This document shows, piece after piece, positions 52,276 through 64,000 of a stretch of DNA of 64,000 nt; position 1 is the stretch's first letter, and the number at the start of each line of letters is the position of its first letter. The translations under genes and the position numbers were made by a program. This DNA is from Fimicolochytrium jonesii (Eukaryota), in assembly GCF_025526975.1 (NCBI RefSeq), contig NW_026515676.1, positions 496,001 to 560,000 on the forward strand. Reading direction: 5' to 3'. The notes beneath the pieces are model-generated. The model saw only the letters and a list, made by a program, of their open reading frames with translations, made no database searches and had not been told where the DNA came from.

Positions 52276-53972
52276 TCACCGTGCGATTTGCATTGGTGCA
52301 GCAGCGTCTAATGGCATCGATGGCGGTAATGGCGGTGGTGGGATGGTAGGTATCTCAAGCATGACGGATGAAGACACCGAGCCTTCCTCCTGCTCCACAT
52401 CGACATCGACATCCACATCCACATCTACTACCTCCACATCGTCCACCTCCGCATCCGTCTCCTCCCCGCCCTCCCCATCGCCCCCATACAGGACTCCAGG
52501 CGGATCCGGCGCGACGCCCAACACCTCCCTGCTATGCACCACAGCGGGGTTCAAATACATCGGCAAGGTATCGACACTAAACGTCGGCTGCGGGTCAAAA
52601 TAGACGGCCGGAAACCCCGTAATCACAATCGGCAGCTGTATCTTTAGAGATTTCGAGAAGGATGCGGTGGAGGTGATTTTAACGACGAGGACGTGGGTGA
52701 CGTTCAGGATGACGGATTTGATGGAGGGCGGCATGATGCAGGAGGAAGGGATGGGGAAGTTGATGATGCGGTTGATGCGGCGGGTTTTAGAGGAGAAGGT
52801 TTCGGTGAAGTTGAGGCGGTGGATGCGCTCCGTGAAGGGGCCGCGGAGTCTGCGAAGAGATACATGTTAGCTATGGGGTTCGACTTGCGCGCGCTGATGG
52901 AAGTATTTCATAGCTTGTGAACTCACTCATTGACAATCTTGTAGGAAGCCCTCTGTTTCAGCGCCACAGCTTTCAACACAACCCCACTCCCCGAATGATT
53001 TGTAATATCAATCGACAATGGCACCGTCTCTTCACTTGTATAGCCCGTCCGTGGGGTGCTAACCCTCACCGCCAGATGCCCTGATTTCCACAACCAAAAC
53101 CCCACGGGCACATTCTGCTCCTGCGCGCTGCCCTCCAGCATATCCAGATCCGACGCGTCTAGTGTCGATGGGACCGTTACAGGGTGGTACACCAGTTTGT
53201 TGAGTTGGCCTGGTCGGGCTAGGACGGCGGCGACTTCGTACCGTACGCGGCCGTAGCGGCCTTCGAAGGATGGGGGGAGTTGTGCAGGGGGTACGCGGAA
53301 CGCGAATGGGTACCGGTGCTCGCCTTCGGGTATATCTTCTGTGTCGTTCGAGGGTACGATCGAGCCTATCAAGGATTCCAACTCTTTAAATAACGTCACC
53401 GTCGAGGTGTTCTGGTCCGCTGGTCTAAATCAAATCGCGAAAGGATGGAAATCATTGATGAGTGTCTGCTCAACCATCCACCAACAGCGACCATCATCAA
53501 CCATCCACCAACATCAACCAACTTCAACTAACTACCCGCGGTTAGGGTAATCTTGCGCCTTTGGCGCAATGTGGCTCGCTCCGGTCGGGCGAGAACCAAC
53601 CTCAAGCATTCCTGGGCCTCGCTTTGCTCGGACAACGGCCCAGTTGGGGATCGCTATCGCTCGCCTTCTCCTCGGTATCGCTCGGATTTTCGCGCTCACG
53701 CACCTAATATCATCCGTCTTGTGAAGCTGAGTCTGAATGATGCCCGAGAACCTCACTCTCAACAATTTCACTTTAACGGGCGTCAAAGCAACCAGCACAA
53801 TTTCCCCTCGCAATATCTGGCCTGGCGAGAACGTGGTTTTCCCTCCCTCTAGTTCGATATCGAATCGTGATATTTGTTTTTTCGTTTGAAAGGGGTGTAT
53901 TGGAGGGGGTACGAGAGTGGGTAGTTGTGTTGAGGCGTCGAGAAGGTTCGTTGGTGATATGGGGTCGGTCAT
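52276..53972 (-). CDS. Alpha-arrestin (Arrestin_N + Arrestin_C)
   Basis: FSPGQILRGEIVL..VKLLRVRFSG, IPEGEHRYPFAFRVP..LPPSFEGRYGRVRYEVAAVLARP, TGYTSEETVPLSIDITNHS and IQLPIVI, with a C-terminal LPMY (PY-like). Introns at 53703-53425 and ~52928-52851. Confidence 0.88.
53425..53703 (-). repeat. Hairpin-module intron element, copy B (arrestin intron 1, 279 nt)
   Basis: GT..AG removal joins DDI-AG|A-PADQN in frame. Shares a 52/64-identity block with copy A and an exact 19-mer CATTGCGCCAAAGGCGCAA with copy C. Has a GGTGGATGGTTGA tract near the 3' end. Confidence 0.8.
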
Positions 53973-54283
53973 TGTTGGAGGTGTGTGATGAATGGCAGGG
54001 TCCGGAATAAGGCAGAGGTGTGGGACGGTTGGAAGTGTTTAGAGCGTTACACCTGCGCCGCAACAAAACAGTAGTACGTTGTTGTTCTGAGGGGTATTCG
54101 GAGTAGTGCGGCGATTTTGGCGAGTGTAAGTACAGTATGTCGTCTAAGCGAGGAGGCAGCTACAGTAGTTGCGTCCGTTGTTCACACTTCTGTTTGCGAT
54201 ATGCCGTGAACGAGCCTTTTTTTCGAAACGGGTTCCGCTCCTCGGTATGAGATGACGGCTGCATTTTTGCTCTCTCTCAATGA

Positions 54284-54310
54284 TGGGGGGGGGGGGGGGA
54301 GGGGGGGAGG
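54284..54310. repeat. Poly-G tract (G-quadruplex-prone)
   Basis: ~G15-A-G7-AGG, seen directly. Confidence 0.75.
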
Positions 54311-54543
54311 AACAATTGAAACGGGACGGAGATCCAGCCGGGTTGGCGTCGAAGTCCAAGGCGATGGATCAGACTCATCAGAGGGATCCCCCGGTGCGAC
54401 TGGGACGCGCCTTCGTTTCGGTCTTTGGGACTGGGAACCACTGCAACATCACGTGACCGTCTGCTTGATTCAACGAAATGGAACGCGAAACCCAACGTGC
54501 TTCCTGGTTGGAGCTATTCAGCGAGCTATTCCATCTTGCTGAG

Positions 54544-54570
54544 TTAGGGTTAGGGTTAGGGTTAGGGTTA
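54544..54570 (+). repeat. Interstitial telomeric tract (TTAGGG)4TTA
   Basis: Exact sequence TTAGGGTTAGGGTTAGGGTTAGGGTTA. Confidence 0.9.
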
Positions 54571-54749
54571 CTCGTGCTGGGAAACTTATCGCACGGAGAC
54601 GAACGGATATCCACTCTCGGAAGCACATCTTCATCCGTTGCTTTTCGCCTGGTCGTTTACATACCGAACTTGCACAGGTCCATCCCCCAAAATCTTAACC
54701 AACAACCCACCCAAGCAAGAGTCCCAAGCAAGAGTCCCAGCAAAAGAAG

Positions 54750-55284
54750 ATGGGTATCTCCTATCACCACCGCTCGCTCACCCCCACCGTCTACCACCAC
54801 CTCACCCAACAATCCGCCTACCCCTTCCTGCACCTCGTTACAACATTTACTCTCCTCTTCTTCACCCTCTACAACCTCTCCCACCGCCTCCTCAACAAAA
54901 CTGACACAATCACTGTACTGATGAACCAAGTTCAACCGGCATTCGCAGGCCGAGCTTCGGATGAGGCCAGTAGACTTTGGATGACTTCAGCCATTTTATA
55001 TCGAAGGTCGCTATGCCTTGAGACAGACAGGACTCCCAACATACTAACCTGCACAAGTCATACTATGCTTCCGCCCTCGCTGTGAGTCTTTGGTTCGTTA
55101 CCCAGGTTCAACCTCACAGAAAGAACTGCCAAGCTATGGTACGGACAAGGATGATGAGCGATCCGGCAGTCGTAGAGGAGGTGCCGGTAACGTTGGGTAT
55201 GAGCGCGTTGGGTCTGAGGGCGTTCGTAGAAGGGGCTTGCTGACGAAGCGCGTTGAAGAAGAGGTGATCGCCTTGAGAGAGTGA
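54750..55284 (+). CDS. Possible small membrane protein (one hydrophobic helix); splicing unresolved
   Basis: ATG in good context followed by PFLHLVTTFTLLFFTLY. Intron-like signals (ACTAAC at ~55043) and a charged downstream ORF at 55090-55284. Exon joins not confirmed. Confidence 0.3.
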
Positions 55285-55811
55285 CGTACTAAATTCACGT
55301 GAGTGAGCGACATCGATTTCAATTAGACCCTGAGTCGTGTTTTCCCCCCCCAAACACTGACGACGGCGAAAAACTCAGTATATAACGTTACGCTCGGACA
55401 ATCATCCCATCAGCTGCAGCAGACCCATTAATACGTATTGAATATCGGCGCCTTACTGCGTCTTCCACCCAGCACCGAACTCACCGCCTCGCCTTTTCCG
55501 ATAAAATCCTTCCCGACAAACCCCACTGTGCTGCTGAAACACAGCTGGTTTCATGCAAAGTGGCTGTCTAGTCGCAATCTGCTCGCCATATCATCCTTTT
55601 ATTATGCCTTGTTGTACTCTGTGCGAAAAATCCTCCTCCCTGGCATACCATCCCCTGTCCTGCCGTTGTCGCCGCACCCTTCTCAAGCAGCCCACTGCAA
55701 CATTACTTTCCGCCTCTCCTTTCACCGCCATAAGCGGCAAATATACCTCAAAAAGGCGACAACGAATTGGGAGACGATTTCGAGATTATAGATTAGAGAC
55801 ATAAGCGAAAA

Positions 55812-57974
55812 ATGCAATTAAATGTGAGTATCCTCGCGAGCCGCGAGGTCCCATTGCGCCAAAGGCGCAATACTCTCTAAGTTACTTCTTAGCGAACCCT
55901 AGCGAGCGTCAGATCTTTTGCGAGCGAAGCGAGCACTACATTGCACCGAAGGGGCAACACTTTCCATACCCACGTAGATGGTTGACATTCGATGGTTGAT
56001 GGGTTGATGAGTAGATGATTGGTCTGGTTTGAGGCGAGGTCGTCTTATAAATTGTTCATTTTCCCTCTCAGAGATATGCAGTTTTGGGTTTACCTCGAAA
56101 GGTGAGGAGCAACGCAAACAAAGCCAATTCTGCCATGCCACTCGACGGCAGCGGCATCAAGCCGACGCTCAAAGCTGATCCAGCGGCAATGGCGCAGTTG
56201 AGGGAGCTTTTCCCGTTTGTGGCTGAGCATCAGCTGGAATCAACATTGGAAGCGGCTTCCAACGATATAGCGCAGGCAGTAGCGATGCTGTGTAGCGCAG
56301 ATATGATCTCCATGCAGAGCATCGAAAAGCCGGGAGCATCCCCGACGGCCGTAAATGGTTCACGGGGAATTCATTCACCGACCACATCCGTCAGTCCAAA
56401 CTCGAGCCAGCCTTCCAGCGTGTTTGGCGCTTCCGCCGAATACCAGCTATTATCGTCACTGTTTCCCTCCCTATCCGTGTCGGCGTTGGAAGAGGCGTAC
56501 TCCAACGCAGGAAACAACATGGAAACAGCCGTAGATCAGCTGTTGGCCGCCGATAGCGAGTCATCCGACGACAGTGCATCTGGCCTCTCTGGCTCTGAAT
56601 CATGCGCCGACTCTGCCAGCAGCAAACCTTACGACGATGCCTCCTCTACATCTTCCTCCATGACCCGGAGCAGTCGAAGCACAACTGGATCCAGGGGAGC
56701 TGAAGAGACGACCCATCCACGTGGAAGCTCCCAACCCCCGCGATACGCTGAGAGCATGGAGGCATTGACGGCCATGTTTCCGTCCCACACGCACAAAACC
56801 ATCACTTCGGCTCTAAAGACACATTATGGGGATGTAGACCGCGCCACCACCTCACTCGCCAAGCTCATGCTGGACGAAACTGGAGCGAGTCAAACGTGTG
56901 ATGATGGCTCTGATTCAGCCCTTGCCGTTCTCGTCGACGTGTTCCCAAATCATAACGTCGATATTTTGAAACGGACCCTGAGACGCACGGGTGGGGTGGA
57001 CGCCGCGGTCGTTGCGTTATCGGGTGGGCCTGATAAAGAGACGAAAGCTGCTTGGAGTGGGAAAGGCTCGTTGTTTGTGGACACGGAAGATGGAGATGTG
57101 GCTGGAACCCCACGGAAAAGTGGGAAGAAGGGGAATGGAAGTTGGAATACGAAAACGAGCCTAGGGGAGAACAAAATATGGACATTATCCATGACTGGGG
57201 CCTCTGTTGCGTCGAGTCCGCGGTTCTCGGGGCCGCCCGCTGTTGAGGTAAGACTATACACTGGACAATTCCTTGTTGGCGGCCGATTCATTAGTCTCAT
57301 CGCCAACCACGTATTCTTCTGCCTCGCAGTCGCCGAAACCCGGACTCCTCTCACCCCAAACTCCAACCAACAAGCACGCAACAACATGGCAAGACCCCAA
57401 AGAACTTCGCCAGATGGCGCACGAGGTTCGCGATAGCCGCAACGAGTTGTTCCGCCGGGCTGCCACCGCCTTCCGCAAAGGCAATCTCACGGGCAAAGGC
57501 TCTGCCGCTTACTACAGCGACGAAGGACGCATTCTTACGGCTCAGATTGCGAGGTGGAATGAGCAGGCTGCCAAGTCGATTATTGAGCGGAATAAGTACG
57601 TAATTGGACACGATCTAGTTGATTTATTTGCATTGGTGTTGTTGAGAGGGAATAGTTCTCCCTATTGTGCATGCCACTCACCTCATCTCCTCCCTTACCT
57701 CACCAGCGCCCGCTTCCCGCACGACCCCAACACGATCGACTTACACGAACTCACCGTCCGCGAAGCAGTCGCCTACGCCCTCGAAGCCGTCAACGCCTGG
57801 CACGCCCGCCCAAACACATCTTCCTCGCGCCCGCTGAAAATCATCGCTGGCGCAGGCACGCATTCCTCTGACGGCGTCCGCAAGGTTTATCCAGCAGTAG
57901 TGAGAGCGCTGAGAGCGAAGGGGTGGAAGGTGTCGGAGGAGGGTGCGGGGTGGTTTTTGGTTAGGGATCGGTGA
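55812..57974 (+). CDS. CUE2: Multi-CUE + DUF1771 + Smr domain endoribonuclease (Cue2/N4BP2-like)
   Basis: Four CUE-like units (LRELFP, LSSLFP, LTAMFP, LVDVFP), a DUF1771-like AAYYSDEGR and Smr IDLHELTVREAV...LKIIAGAGTHS. Start model MQLN|RYAVLG via intron 55824-56071. Confidence 0.82.
55824..56071 (+). repeat. Hairpin-module intron element, copy C (CUE/Smr gene intron 1, 248 nt)
   Basis: GTGAGT..CTCAG, phase 0, in frame with the 56084 ORF. Hairpins CCTCGCG-AGC-CGCGAGG, TTGCGCC-AAA-GGCGCAA and TGCGAGCGAAGCGAGCA, then a GATGGTTGATGGGTTGATG tract. Confidence 0.72.
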
Positions 57975-58467
57975 GGGTCTCTTATCGATTCGACCAGCCC
58001 ACTCTTCCTCCTGGAATCTTTTTTGGCCCGCGACTCTCGGCTTTCACTTGAGCGACTACCCTCACCGTAGCACACCTTCGCGCGTGCCATACACCGACGT
58101 AGATATTTTGGTCCTCATCCTGCTGTCTCGTGTAGACTGTAGACACCCTTCCGACGCCGCCTTTTGTGTTTGGAACTGCCACTTTGTAGATATGAACTTT
58201 ATTTGCACAGTCTGAATATACCCTTCAATACTTCTGGAATATGACCGAGTGTTTCAGTGTTTGATTAGGAGCGAAGATTGTATATACAGTGTAGAAGGGG
58301 GATCCAGCTTCGTTTAGACTCAGGTAATTGTTCCTCCGAGATGTGCTTCGCAGAGCACAAGATACAGTTACGTGGATGTTTCCGGGAGTTTTGTGCGGAT
58401 ATACCTATTGCTCGCCCCAGTTCTGTAGGAGCAAGCCGTGTACGATTGTTTCACGAGGAAAGCGCTT

Positions 58468-61422
<2,955 letters not shown>

Positions 61423-61734
61423 GTTGCTACTCTGTACTAGTGAGGTATGATCTGTTCAGCGACTTTCCCACGATATCATCAACGCTGGTTTTGAGACCGA
61501 GGACTGAGTTGAGTATGAACAGGTTCAAAAGCGGGAGGGTGAGTCACACACGCGCTGTCACTCCTCTGCTTGCTGTCAGACGCGTAGCTCTCCTCTTGCT
61601 CTTTTGATCTGACGGATGGCTTTTTTCTCTCTTCTTCATAGCATCTTCTCGCGCATCCGCCTCTCGTTTCCTTTGGAGCAAACAGCGAACCAGAAGATTG
61701 CCGGCAGCTGGGGAACGCAATCAGACGGCTAGAT

Positions 61735-63056
61735 ATGGCTATCCATCCACCGCTGCTGCATCAGCAGCAACAACCGCTGCCCAAGGCCTCCATCGCTCGC
61801 GCAGGCGTCTATCCGTCCTTCCTTAAACGTGTTCCGGCCCCAAAGGGTGGATGGGCCCCTTCAGACCGTCAGATGGGAATGAACAAAAGAAGGATGTCCG
61901 ATGCACAGAGAGAGGATATCAGGCGCATCGCAGATGCGATCTTGGATCCTGATGCCAATGGTTCGGGCCCGAGCGATCCTCGATTAGGTATAGAGGAGTA
62001 GTTGGACTTGAATGTGTTTCACAAGCGATTGTACTAACAGACATTTCTCTTCACGAACGATCACAGTAACGACTTCGAGCCTCATCCCCAACACGCATTA
62101 CAAACTTACCCTCCGTCCGTCCAACCCATCAGACAACCTGCATGGCCCATTTCCACCTGCACATCCATCACACGCGCACATTCACGACCCACCCATTCTG
62201 GAAGTCACAGATGTAGCGGATCCTTTCGACCGCTACACTTTCTCATGTACATCAAATGCCCTCGCTGCCGTCGCATCACACGCAGGTTGGGATGCTGAAG
62301 AGGATGACATTGAATTTGACGATGATGGTAGGGAGAACCGGAAAGGATTCGGGCGCAAGGTAGCGCATGACAAGAGAGATGGAACTGGGATACCGGACGA
62401 GGAGGAAAATGACGAATACAAGTCGTTGTTCGCAAAGTTTGCAAAAGTTCTGAAATCGCTGTTGAGGAAATGCGAGGATGAGCCAAAACAGTAGGTGACG
62501 GTTTGCACGCTCTGCTTCGTTACCAAGGTCATCAGAATGCTCATGCCCGTGTTTCGCATAGGTACTCCATTACTGTCTCACATACACCAGCGACAGCCCC
62601 CGCGGCGAGCACGATCATTTTGAGAGTCTACAAGCAACTCCCTGTGTCCAGCGCTGCGGAGCGGCAAAGTATCTCAGGCCGCGACGCCCCACCCTCGCGC
62701 AAAACAAAACCACGCTTGATGCTCCATTTGGTACTCCAAAAGTCGGACTGGGAAAACACCAAGCGGGATATGTGGGGAGAGATTGTGAGGTTGAGGGTAA
62801 GTGCCTTCCATGGATGATTCGTCACTTTTCGTCATCTGGATGTTGATGCTCATTTTCGATTCAGAAACACAACGATGCGTTGACCCTCCGTTTGCTGCAA
62901 ACCACCGAATACCTTTGCAAGCACAAGCCGTCCCTGCTGCCGACCTCTTTAGCCAAGGCGCTACTACATCCTCGATATGATTCTCCGTTCAAAGGGTTGG
63001 CTGGTGCGCACGGGATAGGGTCTGATGGCACTGACAGCGATAGAGAAGGTGGGTGA
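61735..63056 (+). CDS. SAS-6 family protein, probably the short SAS6-like (SAS6L) form
   Basis: Head-domain-like LEVTDVADPFDRY and FAKVLKSLLRKCEDEPKQ|Y, then a short helix ending L..RL..T...L.KHKPSLL that resembles the SAS6L 'KNPSLL' end. No long coiled coil. Confidence 0.5.
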
Positions 63057-64000
63057 GCAATTATCGCAGATGTCATGGCCAATAGGACTTCCCACTGACA
63101 TCGATGCATCTCCAGTGATAGAGGCACAGCCACTCAAGCTTAACATAATATACCCACCTGCACCAGCACCAATCCCACACAACACACCCGTACAACCGCA
63201 TATGCCTGCATCTGAGCCTGCGCCTTTGCCCAACACATTACCACCGGACGCACATCATCATCACTTCTGCCGCAGGCATCACTGCTGTCGTCACCTCTGC
63301 GACAACAAGCATGCTCATAAGCATTACGCCTCTGATGTGTCGGCGGCTTCGTCGCACCAACATCAGTCCCATCAGCGAACCCGCCGTCATCACGAGAGCA
63401 AGTCTTGCTCACGATGCATCCGCAGAGCGCAACGTGCAGGCATCGACATCACTTCCCCTGCCTTCCATCATCAGTCACACCCCACAGTCGCCCCACCGAT
63501 CGCACATAATCCACATATGTATGCTCCACCCGCTCCACCCCACCAGCCATCCTCACACATGGAAAAGGAAACCTTCATTGCAACCCTCCACCGGCACACC
63601 CGCCTTCTCCACGACTCAACCCGCGGTGCGCGGCGAGTTGGCTATTACACCCTCACCCTTGCGCACTCCACACGCCCGTTCGAGCATTTCACGAGCGGGA
63701 GGATCACCGAGGCGGGGTGGGTAAGGACAATGCTGGGTGGCCAAGCGGGTGCAGATGCTGGGGAGTATGAGGATGTGGAGGATTGGGAAAGTGGGGGAGG
63801 GCAGGCAAGCGAGGGAGTGAAGGATGTGCTGTTTGGGGAGTACATCAAAAAGTGTGACAGTGAGCCGGGGGTGTATCGTGCGGTGTGGACGGCACATCCG
63901 GCGGCGGCTAGGGACATGTTTACGGCGAATATGGACCCCACGCAGTGTCGTTCCACCCATCGTCACCCGAGACATAAACATTCGCACAATCACAAGCAGT

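Noticed and set aside
63060..64000. Possible gene or foldback element at the window end
   Set aside because: Only short complementary matches, explained by the C-then-G skew, and no convincing ORF.

Overview
Gene-dense, intron-rich (mostly 55-100 nt GT-AG introns), GC-rich eukaryotic nuclear DNA. The source is almost certainly a flagellated (chytrid-type) fungus: fungal alpha-aminoadipate reductase LYS2 and VNX1 occur together with flagellar/basal-body proteins (AKAP14-like, SAS6-like). About 20 genes are supportable: an STK32/YANK-like kinase, VNX1, NUC1, mitochondrial L1, a carbonyl-reductase SDR, an arabinokinase-N-like glycosyltransferase, an AVT transporter, HEM2, TFIIIC-delta, a hypothetical protein, Set9 with a PWWP-like module, a GATA factor, a twin-CX9C protein missed by the ORF track, RPE1, AKAP14-like, CLU1, LYS2, an arrestin, a CUE/Smr nuclease, PFS2 and SAS6-like. 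Two intronless decayed ORFs (OTU protease; Zn-HNH-like) look like mobile-element or viral relics. The most striking unexplained structure is a family of ~250-280 nt first introns in three unrelated genes (HEM2, arrestin, CUE/Smr). They share homologous blocks of GA-sheared/triloop mini-hairpins followed by a GATGGTT-type tract, always in sense orientation. All gene models and alignments were made by eye; no database searches were run.
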